Assembly: GCA_037441845.1 (NCBI GenBank)
Contig: JBBIRK010000002.1
Span: 256,001 to 320,000, forward strand
Origin: Candidatus Zixiibacteriota bacterium
GTDB lineage: Bacteria > Zixibacteria > MSB-5A5 > UBA10806 > 4484-95
Length of the DNA stretch: 64,000 bases
Reading direction: 5' to 3'
Part shown: in pieces, positions 28,214 to 38,065 of the stretch
Layout: every line of letters begins with the position of its first letter
Position numbering within the stretch: position 1 is the stretch's first letter
Position numbers and translations under genes: made by a program
The notes under the pieces: model-generated
What the model was told of the DNA's origin: nothing
Databases searched by the model: none
What the model saw: the letters and a program-made list of their open reading frames with translations, nothing else

Positions 28214-29166
28214 TACGTTTCGACGGCGGAATCCATATCGGCGACGAGGTGATTCTCGATCCCACGCGTAAAAAACCCAGAGCTTTCATAAGCCACGCCC
28301 ATTCGGATCACCTAAGGCGGCACCGGACCATTCTGGCGACGGCGGAGACCATCTCATTGGCCAGACCCAAAGCCGGCGAATTCGAGGGGATAATTCTCGA
28401 CACCGGCAAAACCTATCGGCTCGAATCGTGCCGAATGAGACTCGAATCGGCCGGGCATATCCTCGGCTCGAGCCAGTTCATTATCGATCATTCGCAAAAA
28501 CGGATCGTTTACACCGGCGATTTCAAATTGGGGCATAATCCGATCTGCCCGCCGGCCGAAATCCACCAATGCGATATTCTGGTGATGGATACCACGTTCG
28601 GCCATCCGGCGTTCAGATTTCCCGATTTCGGTGAAGTTGTCGGAAGGCTGCTCGAATTCGTGGACGGTTGCCGGCATAAAGGAGCGGCGCCGATAATCTA
28701 CGCTTATTCTTTGGGCAAAGCGCAGGAGATAATCAGAATTCTCAACGACGACAAAATCCAGGTTCTCGCGGCGGCGGGTATATGCGAATATGCCGCTATC
28801 TACGAGCGACATGGTGTGGAACTGGGCGATTATCACTTGTTCGAGGGGCAATATCCGGAGGACGGCGTAGTGTTGATGCCTCCCGGTGCCCGATTCGCCG
28901 GCGACATTTTGCCCGGATATCGGAAAAAAAGCTGCCTGGTGTCAGGCTGGGCGGCGTCCCCGCGGTTCGGGTTCACCAAGTATTACGATCAGGCGATCCC
29001 CTTGTCGGACCACGCCTCGTTCGACGATCTTCTGCGCTATGCGGAACAATCGGAAGCCGAAACGATTTATTGCTTGTTCGGGTTCGCGGAGATCGTGGAA
29101 TGGCTGAAACGCCGCGGGCTGAATGCGATGCAGGTATCGTTGAAAGCGACGCCGAAAGTGTCTTGA
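28210..29166 (+). CDS. MBL-fold/beta-CASP nuclease (ligase-associated exonuclease-like)
   Basis: SHAHSDH, AGHILGS, YTGDF, YSLGKAQ, SGW, PLSDHA. TTG start at 28210 overlaps the upstream stop. Confidence 0.85.
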   Translation: MIRFDGGIHIGDEVILDPTRKKPRAFISHAHSDHLRRHRTILATAETISLARPKAGEFEGIILDTGKTYRLESCRMRLESAGHILGSSQFIIDHSQKRIVYTGDFKLGHNPICPPAEIHQCDILVMDTTFGHPAFRFPDFGEVVGRLLEFVDGCRHKGAAPIIYAYSLGKAQEIIRILNDDKIQVLAAAGICEYAAIYERHGVELGDYHLFEGQYPEDGVVLMPPGARFAGDILPGYRKKSCLVSGWAASPRFGFTKYYDQAIPLSDHASFDDLLRYAEQSEAETIYCLFGFAEIVEWLKRRGLNAMQVSLKATPKVS

Positions 29167-29186
29167 TACAAAAAGAAAGCTTCAAC

Positions 29187-30107
29187 ATGCGACAAGCGTT
29201 GATCACGGCAAGAAATCTTTACAAAAAGTTCGGTGATCTGGTGGCCGTCGACCATATCGATTTCGATATCGACGAGGGTGAAACTTATGGTTTTTTGGGA
29301 CCCAACGGCGCCGGCAAGACCACCACCATGAAGATGATCTATTGTTTCGTTCTGCCCGACGGCGGCAGTTTGACGGTGGACGGTTTGGATGTGTTAAGGC
29401 ACCCGCGCAAAATCAAGCAGAAACTGGGCGTCGTGCACCAGGAGGACTCGCTCGATCCCGATCTGACGGTGAAGAAAAATCTGATAACTTACGCCCGCTA
29501 TTTCGGATTGTTCGGCAAGTCCGTTTCCGACCGCGCCGACGAGTTGATAGATATGATGTCGTTAAGTGATAAAAAAAATACCGTGATCGAGGAATTATCC
29601 GGCGGCATGAAAAGGCGGCTGATGATTATCCGGGGGTTGATAAACGATCCGAAAATACTCATACTCGACGAGCCGACCACCGGCTTGGATCCGCAGGCCC
29701 GTCACCTTGTTTGGCAAAAGCTGCGCGCCCTCAAGAAATCCGGGATAACCATACTGTTGACCACACACTATATGGAAGAAGCCGAGCAGCTTTGCGACCG
29801 GCTGGCGATAATGAACGACGGCCGGATAATCGCCAGCGGATCGCCCGCCGAATTGATCGGAAGATTCGCCGCCCCAGAGGTGATCGAGCTGCTTGAACCG
29901 GAGCCCGAGGTGATCGCCCGGCTGCCGGCGATAATCGACGGCAAGGGTACGTTCGAGAGGCACGAGGACGTGTTGTATATTTACGGCGGCGATCTATCGG
30001 CGATCGTTCCCGCCCTGAGAAAATTTAAAACGCGAGCGGTGCTGGAGAGAAAGGGAAATCTGGAGGACGTTTTCCTCAGACTTGCCGGCCGGGCATTTAG
30101 GGAGTGA
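29187..30107 (+). CDS. ABC transporter ATP-binding protein (NodI/DrrA-like)
   Basis: GPNGAGKTT, LSGGMKRR, ILDEPTTGLDPQAR, TTHYMEEA, LEDVFL. Confidence 0.93.
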   Translation: MRQALITARNLYKKFGDLVAVDHIDFDIDEGETYGFLGPNGAGKTTTMKMIYCFVLPDGGSLTVDGLDVLRHPRKIKQKLGVVHQEDSLDPDLTVKKNLITYARYFGLFGKSVSDRADELIDMMSLSDKKNTVIEELSGGMKRRLMIIRGLINDPKILILDEPTTGLDPQARHLVWQKLRALKKSGITILLTTHYMEEAEQLCDRLAIMNDGRIIASGSPAELIGRFAAPEVIELLEPEPEVIARLPAIIDGKGTFERHEDVLYIYGGDLSAIVPALRKFKTRAVLERKGNLEDVFLRLAGRAFRE

Positions 30108-30154
30108 TCGCGAACTCGGGGTATTCCGATGAAACGCTCGGGAAACGGCCGCCG

Positions 30155-32404
30155 CTAAATCAATTTGCGCAGAATATCGGCAAATTCGCGGGCGGTCTGA
30201 AAACGCATATCCGGATCTTTGACCAGCGCCTTGGCGATTATTTTATCGAAAATACGCGGCACATCGAGATTCAGTTCCGATGGCGGCGGCGGCGACGTAT
30301 GCAGTATCGAATAAATCAGCGCCGAGATGGTATCCCCTTTGAACGGACGTTCGCCGGTGAGCAGTTCGTAGAAAACGACCCCTTGGCTGAAAATATCGCT
30401 GCGCCGATCGACCGGTTGGCCTCTGAGCTGTTCGGGTGAGATATAGTTGGGGGTCCCGAGAGCCACGCCGGATTGGGTCATATTCGATGAATCGAAGCGA
30501 GCGATTCCGAAATCCATGACTTTGACCCGATCGTTTTCGAGAATCATTATGTTGGCCGGCTTGATATCGCGGTGCACGATCCCATGCTCGTGGGCGAAAT
30601 CGAGCGCATCGGCGGTCTGAATCATTATCTTGCAGATCGACTTATAATCCCACTTGTGCCCTTCGCGAATCAACGATTCGAGAGTCCGGCCGTTGAGGTA
30701 TTCCATGGCAATGTATTGCAAAGTCCCCTGCTCACCGACATCATAGATGGTCACGATATTGGGATGGGAGAGCTTGCCGGCAGCCTTGGCCTCGCGATTC
30801 AGACGCTCCCTCAATTCGGCGAGTTCGGCGGGGTCGGCGATGTTGTCGAGCCGGATGGTTTTAAGCGCAATTGGACGATCGATAGCCGGATCCAATCCCT
30901 TATAGACCATCCCCATCGCACCCTTGCCGATAGGCTCGATGACGCGATACCTTCCGAATGAACCGGTTTCCAGACGCGCATCCATTTCGAGCACGGCGGT
31001 CATGGAACGCGACACGGGCATCGTTCGTCCCTGCTCCAGCGGCATGGTTGCGGAGGGCGTGCCGGCCACGGAAATCGAAGGAGCCCTGACCGGAGTCGAG
31101 GTTCCGCCCAGAGGTGTAGAGCTCAACAATTGTTCATAATCTATTTCGTCATCATCGGAATCCTCATCCGGATCCGCATCGCGCCGGTTTTTTATTGTCG
31201 GCGAAGCTATCATGAAAAACAGAATCATCATGACCGGATAGGAAAATTTGGTGATCATATCGAGGCTGGCGAATAATATGAAACTCACGTTAATCAGAAC
31301 GAATACCAGTATGCCCAGAGAAATCAGCCTGTACATAAGGGATATCCGAGGGAGAATTATGGCCGCGAAAAGTCCGATTCCGACCATCAGCAGGATATTG
31401 ATCAAGTTCGATTTGCCGAAATCTATCAGGAAATTGCCGTGCACGATATTTTCGATCGAATTGGCTAAAATCTCGGCGCCGGGCATGTCAGCTCCCACCG
31501 GTGTGGAGTAGATATCGCTCGAATTGGAGCCGGTGAAGGCGATAAGGACGATCTTGCCGCTAAGCGCTTTTTTGCCGGCGTTGCCGTTCACCAAATCGAC
31601 GGCGGAAACTTTTTTGAACGTGCCTGGAGGTCCGTTGAAATTGAGCGCCATGCGACCGGCATGATCGGTGGGAATGAATCGGGGTCCTACTTGTATTCCT
31701 TTTCCTACATGGACCACGACATTATCACGGCCCACGCCAAGATATTTCGCAGCGGTTATCAGCGATGCCGAGGGAAGATTTTCTCCAGCATAATTAAGGA
31801 TCAAGGGGTCGAATCGGACCAGGCGGTCATAATCGAAACTGACGCCGGTGAAACCTACGGCGTATGAGCCCGCCGCTATATTTTTTTCCGGCAAAGAAAG
31901 GCTTCCAGCGATGACCGGCGGTTTTTTGGCCAGTAAATCGCGATCGTCGAATTTTATCAAGGAGGTCCGCCGGAGGTAATCGGGAATTCCCTCGCCGGTG
32001 GCGCTGAAATCGGAAGTGGAGTAGCGATATGGAATGATCACGTTGCCTGCCCGGCTGATACTTGCCGCAAGAGCGGCCAGCGCCGAAGCGCTGTCTCTGG
32101 CGGGATCGGGAGGCAGCAATAGGTTAAGCAAAATCACTCTGGGCTGTTGTTCGGCAACTTTATCCACCAAGCGGGCGAGCTTTTCGCGCCCCCATGGCCA
32201 GGGGCCCAATTCTTTAAGGCTGGCATCGTCTATCGCTACGATATTGATGTCATCGGGAACGTTGCTTTTGCCGCGCAATTGAAAGAGCTTATCGAATACG
32301 TTGGTTTCGAGCTTTTTGAACAGCGTCGGCTGATCGAGATATATGGTGACGATAAAAAACGTTATCAGAAGATATAAAAGAATCCCGGAGAATCTCTTGA
32401 GCAT
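30155..32404 (-). CDS. CHASE2-sensor Hanks-type Ser/Thr protein kinase
   Basis: IVAIDD.SL..LGPWPW.R (CHASE2), three TM helices, GKGAMG.VY, HRDIKPAN, DFGIA, GTPNYISPEQ. Confidence 0.93.
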   Translation of the reverse strand: MLKRFSGILLYLLITFFIVTIYLDQPTLFKKLETNVFDKLFQLRGKSNVPDDINIVAIDDASLKELGPWPWGREKLARLVDKVAEQQPRVILLNLLLPPDPARDSASALAALAASISRAGNVIIPYRYSTSDFSATGEGIPDYLRRTSLIKFDDRDLLAKKPPVIAGSLSLPEKNIAAGSYAVGFTGVSFDYDRLVRFDPLILNYAGENLPSASLITAAKYLGVGRDNVVVHVGKGIQVGPRFIPTDHAGRMALNFNGPPGTFKKVSAVDLVNGNAGKKALSGKIVLIAFTGSNSSDIYSTPVGADMPGAEILANSIENIVHGNFLIDFGKSNLINILLMVGIGLFAAIILPRISLMYRLISLGILVFVLINVSFILFASLDMITKFSYPVMMILFFMIASPTIKNRRDADPDEDSDDDEIDYEQLLSSTPLGGTSTPVRAPSISVAGTPSATMPLEQGRTMPVSRSMTAVLEMDARLETGSFGRYRVIEPIGKGAMGMVYKGLDPAIDRPIALKTIRLDNIADPAELAELRERLNREAKAAGKLSHPNIVTIYDVGEQGTLQYIAMEYLNGRTLESLIREGHKWDYKSICKIMIQTADALDFAHEHGIVHRDIKPANIMILENDRVKVMDFGIARFDSSNMTQSGVALGTPNYISPEQLRGQPVDRRSDIFSQGVVFYELLTGERPFKGDTISALIYSILHTSPPPPSELNLDVPRIFDKIIAKALVKDPDMRFQTAREFADILRKLI

Positions 32405-32879
32405 TTTTATTCCCTGTCTGGAAGAAGTTTCCGACAACAGACGACACAATATCTTATCTTATGTAGTTAATCGGCAATGGGCGGCCATAATTTAGTTTGG
32501 CCGATCGAAATCCGAAGAAATTGTGCAGGAACGATAACTGTATTTGTATCAAGTAGATAGTGCGATCTTGCGGCTGGTTCCAGAAGGTAGCGGTCGATTT
32601 TCCATTGAATGCGATCGGATCAGCCTGCGGTCGTTCTCCTGAAAAAAACTCAACGGCACAGGCAGACCTGCAAAAAATGGTCGAACCGTTTCCAAATGTG
32701 AAGAAACTGTGTATGAGGTTTATTATAGAACCTCTGACAATCGGTCTTGGTGTTGCCCCGATGCTGAGCCTTCGTCAGGGGAAAACAGCAAGCCGGCCAG
32801 GATTATCATACAAGTTAGTATTCCGAGAAACAAAATAAGCCTTACGAGCAGCAGCCCGCTGCCTTCCTTGAATTTATCG

Positions 32880-33611
32880 CTAACGCCCAACGGCAAGCCT
32901 TTCTATCAGGTATTCCGGCATTCCGAGAGCGGCCATCCTTTTTTGAGTGGCGTCATAATCGTAGGCCACCCGCTTGTGCCGGATTATCTGGGTTTTAGTA
33001 TCGTAAATCACGTAACAGCTGCGCGGGTCGCCGTCGCGGGGCTGACCCAACGAGCCGATGTTGATCAGGTAACGGCGCCCCGGAAGAATTTTCTCCTCGG
33101 GTTTATTGGAGATTATGCAGTTTCCCTTAGAATCGATGGAGACGATGAACGGACGATGAGTATGGCCGACAAGACAGATTTTTTGAGTGAAATGCTTGAA
33201 GTTTTCCTCGACGTCGGTCATACCGAGAATATAGTGCCACATCTCGGGTTCGCGTGGGGAAGAATGAACGATGAGGATATTATCGAAGGTGTGGCTGATT
33301 TGGAATTTGCTTAGGATGGCGATAGTTTCTTTGCTGAGCGAGTTTCTGGTCCAGCTCATCGCCTCGGCGGCATACTGGTTGAAATACTCGGTTTCCATCA
33401 AGCCGAGCGCGGCATAATCGTGGTTGCCTATCAGCTTTACGTGGGCTATTCGGTCGATCATCTCGACACATTCGTTGGGGTTGGGTCCATAGCCTACGGC
33501 ATCGCCGAGGAAAAACACCTTGTCGATACGTTCATTCTGGAGGTCAATCGCGAAGGCTTTGAGCGCTTCGAAATTGGCATGAACGTCGGAAAAGAATGCG
33601 TACTTCATCAA
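32880..33611 (-). CDS. Calcineurin-like metallophosphoesterase
   Basis: SDVHAN, LGDAVGYG, GNHD, VGHTH, GSLGQPRD. Confidence 0.92.
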   Translation of the reverse strand: MMKYAFFSDVHANFEALKAFAIDLQNERIDKVFFLGDAVGYGPNPNECVEMIDRIAHVKLIGNHDYAALGLMETEYFNQYAAEAMSWTRNSLSKETIAILSKFQISHTFDNILIVHSSPREPEMWHYILGMTDVEENFKHFTQKICLVGHTHRPFIVSIDSKGNCIISNKPEEKILPGRRYLINIGSLGQPRDGDPRSCYVIYDTKTQIIRHKRVAYDYDATQKRMAALGMPEYLIERLAVGR

Positions 33612-34300
33612 GCGCGATTTTCTATGTATCTGAAAACGGTTTTCCCCACTTGAATGAGATCGTCGTTTTTCAACATATATTTGTCAACGTCCTCGCCGTT
33701 CACCTTGGTTTTCCCCTTTTTGCCGATGTTCACCAGCCAGAAATCGTTCCCCTCTTTGACGATCTTGGCCTGGACACTCGACAAAAACACTCCCTTGGCT
33801 TTGATATTCGCCAGTTTGGAGCGGCCGATCGTCACCACCGAGTGAGCCAGAGGAAACATTTCTTTCTCGGCACCGCTTTCACCCAGTAGAATAGAACAGC
33901 CGGTCTCGGCTGTCAACTTTTTTGACATCTTATCTTTGGCGATCAGCTCTTTTTGCTTCTTGGTTTCCAGCAACATGGTGCCATCGACACCGAAAGCGTC
34001 TAAATCACGGCGGGCTTCCTGATGGTAAATCAGATTGTATTTGGCGATAGTGATGGTATCGTTGTCTTTCAGGATTTCCTCGGTGATCTTGCGCGAATTC
34101 AGGAACGTGCCATTTAGCGACTCGTTGTCGATCACCACCGCCTGCTTATCGCCGAATTCGATGATGGCGTGACGGCGGGAGACTCCCCGGTTGTCAAGCA
34201 CAATGTCGTTATCCGGCGTTCTCCCTATGGTGACCCGTTTTTTTTCGGTGAGGAATCTCTCGATTACCTTGTCTTCGAATTTTACGATGATCTCCGGCAT
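33608..34300 (-). CDS. Tandem FHA-domain protein
   Basis: IGR...NDI.L....VSRRHA...S.NGTF; second domain IGRS...TKVNG...L..DDLIQVG. Confidence 0.9.
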   Translation of the reverse strand: MPEIIVKFEDKVIERFLTEKKRVTIGRTPDNDIVLDNRGVSRRHAIIEFGDKQAVVIDNESLNGTFLNSRKITEEILKDNDTITIAKYNLIYHQEARRDLDAFGVDGTMLLETKKQKELIAKDKMSKKLTAETGCSILLGESGAEKEMFPLAHSVVTIGRSKLANIKAKGVFLSSVQAKIVKEGNDFWLVNIGKKGKTKVNGEDVDKYMLKNDDLIQVGKTVFRYIENRA

Positions 34301-34428
34301 AGGACCTCCCCATGCGGCCTTTTACGGCCGTCTATTGGCTTAAAGAGAATTCGCGGATTCGTCTTGCTCCCACGGCATTAGGCCTTTTGGCTTGCCTAAG
34401 TCCGCAATTCGTTTATATTTTCGGCTGC

Positions 34429-35460
34429 GTGACGCTAAACTTTAAAAACAGCCGTTCGGTGATAGCCGGGCCGGCGGCGGGAATCACAGACCGGATCACG
34501 CGCAGAATAGCGCGGGCCTGCGGCGCCGATGTCACCATGACCGGTCTGATTTCGAGCGAGGGCATAGTGCGCGGCCATCGGCGGACACTCGAACTGCTCG
34601 AGTTCGATGATGCGGAGCGACCGATCGGCATACAGATATTCGGGGCCAGGCCGGATATCATGGCGGAGGCGGCCCGAATAGTCGAGGGTTATGCGCCTGA
34701 GTTCATAGATCTGAATTTCGGCTGCCCGGCACCCAAAGTTATCGGAAAGAATGGAGGCTCCGCCCTGCTTGCCGACCTGCCGCTGATGGCCGAGATAATC
34801 GGGGCAGTGCGTCAGGCGGTGGCTATCCCGGTGACGGTTAAAATTAGGGCGGGGGTCAACACCCAAAATATCGTGGCGGCCGAAGCAGCGATTATCGCCG
34901 AAGAACGCGGCGCCGAAGCCGTTTGTATTCACCCCCGGACGGCGGCTCAGAGATATTCGGGTAATGCGGATTGGAATATCATCGCCGGCGTGAAAAAGGC
35001 TGTCGGAATAGCCGTAATCGGCTCGGGCGATATCGATTCGCCGCTGAAAGCCGAATCGATGTTCGATCGGACGGGATGCGACGCTATAATGATCTGTCGA
35101 GCGGCGTTCGGGAATCCCTGGATTTTCGGGCGGGTGAAAAGCTACCTGAAATGCGGGCGGGAAGCGCCGGAGCCGGATTGCCGGATGCGGATCGGAACGG
35201 CGATCGATCATTTAAGGCAGGCGATTGAAAGTTATGGCGGAGCAGCGGGGGTTTTCCGGATGAGAAAACAGATCGCCTGGTATATAAAGGGAATGAACGG
35301 GGCGGCTGCGGCCAGAGAAGTATTGATGAGATTGACCGACCCCGAAGAAATCGTTTCAGAACTGAACAAGCTGGCCGAATTTCAGGAAGCCGGCGCCCCC
35401 ACCAGGACGAAACGAACAGGTTATCGGGCGCAAGCGGAATGCAACGACGGCGGCCGATAG
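34429..35460 (+). CDS. dusB: tRNA-dihydrouridine synthase
   Basis: QIFG, DLNFGCP, GSALL, TVKIR.G, IHPRT, GDI, AFGNPWIF. GTG at 34429 chosen as start (uncertain). Confidence 0.9.
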   Translation: MTLNFKNSRSVIAGPAAGITDRITRRIARACGADVTMTGLISSEGIVRGHRRTLELLEFDDAERPIGIQIFGARPDIMAEAARIVEGYAPEFIDLNFGCPAPKVIGKNGGSALLADLPLMAEIIGAVRQAVAIPVTVKIRAGVNTQNIVAAEAAIIAEERGAEAVCIHPRTAAQRYSGNADWNIIAGVKKAVGIAVIGSGDIDSPLKAESMFDRTGCDAIMICRAAFGNPWIFGRVKSYLKCGREAPEPDCRMRIGTAIDHLRQAIESYGGAAGVFRMRKQIAWYIKGMNGAAAAREVLMRLTDPEEIVSELNKLAEFQEAGAPTRTKRTGYRAQAECNDGGR

Positions 35461-35586
35461 AAAATCGATGCGGCATGACGGCGGTTTCCAACGGAAACCG
35501 CATGTTCGGCGCACGATGGTTGGTAAAGAATAGTTAACGAAGACAATGAAAACGGAGATATAACCCCGACCGAAAGGAAGTCATCG

Positions 35587-36567
35587 ATGGCCGATGGGAT
35601 ATTGGTATTTGCGGAACTGAAAGACGGGAAATTGGCGCCGGTGGCCAAACAGTCGCTGACCGCCGCCGGGAAACTGGCACAGGCTAAGGGACTCGAAGTG
35701 ACGGCGGTTTGTATAGGGAAAAATATCGAGGCGGCGGCCGGCGATTCGATCAAGTGCGGTGCGGCTGCGGCTTATTATTGCGATGCCGCGGAGCTCGAGC
35801 ATTTCGTCGATGAGAGCTATGCCAAAATCGTGGCGGAAATCGCGGCCAAAACTCAACCGCGGCTGATTATCGGCGGCGCGAGTTTCGTGGGAAAGGAGCT
35901 GTTTCCCCGACTGGCCGCCATGTTGAATTCGGGCCTGGCGGCGGATGTCATCGCGATCGATTGGGAGGGTGAGGAAATCGTGGCCACGCGGCCGGCATAC
36001 GGCGGCAAAGCGATATTGAAGGTTTCTCCCAACGGTCCGGGTCCGCGGCTGGTGACGATTAGAGCGAAAGCGTTTCCGGAGGCGACGCCGGCGGAAACGG
36101 GCGACGGAAAGATCGAAAAAATAGCATACGATTCGGTTCGACATGGAGCCAGAGCGAAAGTAATAGAGAAGATAAGAGAGAGCGGGCAATCGGTCAGCTT
36201 GACGGATGCCGACATAATCGTTTCCGGCGGCCGGGGCCTGCGCGATCCGGCGAATTTCAAATTGATACGTGAGCTGGCCGAGGTTTTGGGCGGCGCCGTG
36301 GGCGCATCGAGAGCCACCGTGGACGCGGGCTGGATTCCCTATGCGCATCAAGTGGGGCAAACCGGCAAGACGGTTAATCCGAAATTATACGTGGCCTGCG
36401 GCATATCCGGCGCGATTCAGCATCTGGTGGGGATGCAATCGGCCAAGATAATCGTGGCGATCAATCGGGATCCGGAAGCGCCGATTTTCAAAGTGGCCAC
36501 TTACGGGATAGTCGGAGATCTGTTCGAAATTCTGCCGAAGCTGATCGCCCGGCTCAAGAAGGCTTAG
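35587..36567 (+). CDS. etfA: Electron transfer flavoprotein alpha subunit
   Basis: IIVSGGRG, GASRA.VDAGW, QVGQTGK.V.P.LY.A.GISGAIQH.VGM. Confidence 0.95.
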   Translation: MADGILVFAELKDGKLAPVAKQSLTAAGKLAQAKGLEVTAVCIGKNIEAAAGDSIKCGAAAAYYCDAAELEHFVDESYAKIVAEIAAKTQPRLIIGGASFVGKELFPRLAAMLNSGLAADVIAIDWEGEEIVATRPAYGGKAILKVSPNGPGPRLVTIRAKAFPEATPAETGDGKIEKIAYDSVRHGARAKVIEKIRESGQSVSLTDADIIVSGGRGLRDPANFKLIRELAEVLGGAVGASRATVDAGWIPYAHQVGQTGKTVNPKLYVACGISGAIQHLVGMQSAKIIVAINRDPEAPIFKVATYGIVGDLFEILPKLIARLKKA

Positions 36568-36574
36568 GATCAAT

Positions 36575-36613
36575 AAAAAAAATTCGAGGGCGCGGAATTC
36601 CACGCCCTCGAAT
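36575..36613 (-). terminator. Rho-independent terminator of the sprA-M16 operon
   Basis: 11-bp stem ATTCGAGGGCG/CGCCCTCGAAT preceded on + by an A run (U tail on the minus strand). Confidence 0.8.
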
Positions 36614-36676
36614 CGAGCACAAGCGCTATCGACCCACAAAGTCAATTGCATTTCATTCATTATTCAATTTCGGCAT

Positions 36677-38050
36677 CTATAACTGATCGTAAGGGATCGT
36701 CTGCACCTTTCCCATGGATTTCAGTTGGGATTCGACTGCCGATGCTTTGGTCACGATGCTGAAAATCATGTTTTTCGTATCCCAGAATTTCGCCGCCGCG
36801 CGCTTTATATCGGCTTTAGTGACTTTTTGGATATTGGCGGTGAAGTCCTGGATATAGGATACGGGGAGGCCGTAAAGCTTGATTTTGACTATTTCCGAAG
36901 CCACGGCCTCGGGCGTTTCGAGAGTCATGGGATAATAGCCGCTGTAGAAATTGCGCGCTTCGTTGAATTCGATATCGGTGACCTCTTCGGTACGCATTTT
37001 TTCGATGACATCGATCGCCGCCCGCAAGGCGATCAAAGTGGAATCGTTTTCGGTGAAGGTGGCGCAGAACAGCGCACCGGGGTTGAGGTTCCATTCGTTC
37101 TGGGTTCGGATATCGTAGGTCAATCCCTTTTCCACCCTCACGGCCTGGGTAAGTCTGGAAGTAAAGGACGCCCCCATGATGTAATTCATCAAGAGGAACG
37201 AGTAATAATCGGGGTCTTTGCGGGTAAGGCCGAGATGCCCGAAACGGATATTGGCCTGAGAGGCATCCGGCTTATCGACCAAAATTATGGTGTAACCTTC
37301 GGGATTTTCAGCAGGAGTGATCTGCGGACTGGTTATATCGCCCATTTGCCACGAACCGAACGCTTTTGCGGCGGCAGTGAAAGCGGCGGCCGGGTCGATA
37401 TCGCCGGCGAAGATCAAGATCGCGTTATTGGGGCGGTAGTAATTGGAATAGAAATCCCTGGCGTCGTTGAAAGTCAGCGCGGTCAGAGTGTTTTCCGTTC
37501 CCTCCTCCGGCTGTGAATAGGGATGGTCGCCGAAAAGATAACGGGCGAACGCTTTTTCGCAGAGCGAGGCCGGGTCGTCTTTCTGTTGCATGACCGAGGC
37601 GACCAGGCGCTGACGATCGCGCTCGAACTCGAGGCTGTCGAACGTCGGGTGCAGGATAATGTCTGAAAACAGGTCGAGTCCGATATCCAGATGCCGCCGC
37701 AGGACGGTGCAAGATATGTTTGAGTAATCGCGATTCGCCGAACCGGAGAGGCTGCCGCCGATAAAATCGATCTGGTCGGCGATTTCGGTGGCTTTGCGGC
37801 TGGTGGTTCCTTTGCGCAACAGGCCGGCGGTCAGATTGGCCAAACCAGCCTTGCCGACGGGATCATACCTGGAGCCCGATTTGACCACCATCCGCATCCA
37901 GACGACAGGTAATTCATGGTTTTCGATCACCACGACTTCGAGTGCGTTATTCATCCTCGATTCGGAAATCGGGGGCAGTTTCACTTGAGCGAAAGCCGGC
38001 AAAATGCAAAGCGCAACAGCCAGGCATGCGATAATCATAATATTTTTCAC
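36677..38050 (-). CDS. M16B peptidase, non-catalytic subunit, secreted
   Basis: M16 fold (GLANLT..LL..GT; SRL...VRVEKGLTY) without HxxEH; signal peptide. Confidence 0.88.
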   Translation of the reverse strand: MKNIMIIACLAVALCILPAFAQVKLPPISESRMNNALEVVVIENHELPVVWMRMVVKSGSRYDPVGKAGLANLTAGLLRKGTTSRKATEIADQIDFIGGSLSGSANRDYSNISCTVLRRHLDIGLDLFSDIILHPTFDSLEFERDRQRLVASVMQQKDDPASLCEKAFARYLFGDHPYSQPEEGTENTLTALTFNDARDFYSNYYRPNNAILIFAGDIDPAAAFTAAAKAFGSWQMGDITSPQITPAENPEGYTIILVDKPDASQANIRFGHLGLTRKDPDYYSFLLMNYIMGASFTSRLTQAVRVEKGLTYDIRTQNEWNLNPGALFCATFTENDSTLIALRAAIDVIEKMRTEEVTDIEFNEARNFYSGYYPMTLETPEAVASEIVKIKLYGLPVSYIQDFTANIQKVTKADIKRAAAKFWDTKNMIFSIVTKASAVESQLKSMGKVQTIPYDQL

Positions 38051-38065
38051 TTATTCCTCCCAGCG

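Noticed and set aside
32560..32838. ORF in the gap between the kinase and phosphoesterase genes
   Set aside because: No RBS or motif; more likely regulatory spacer DNA.
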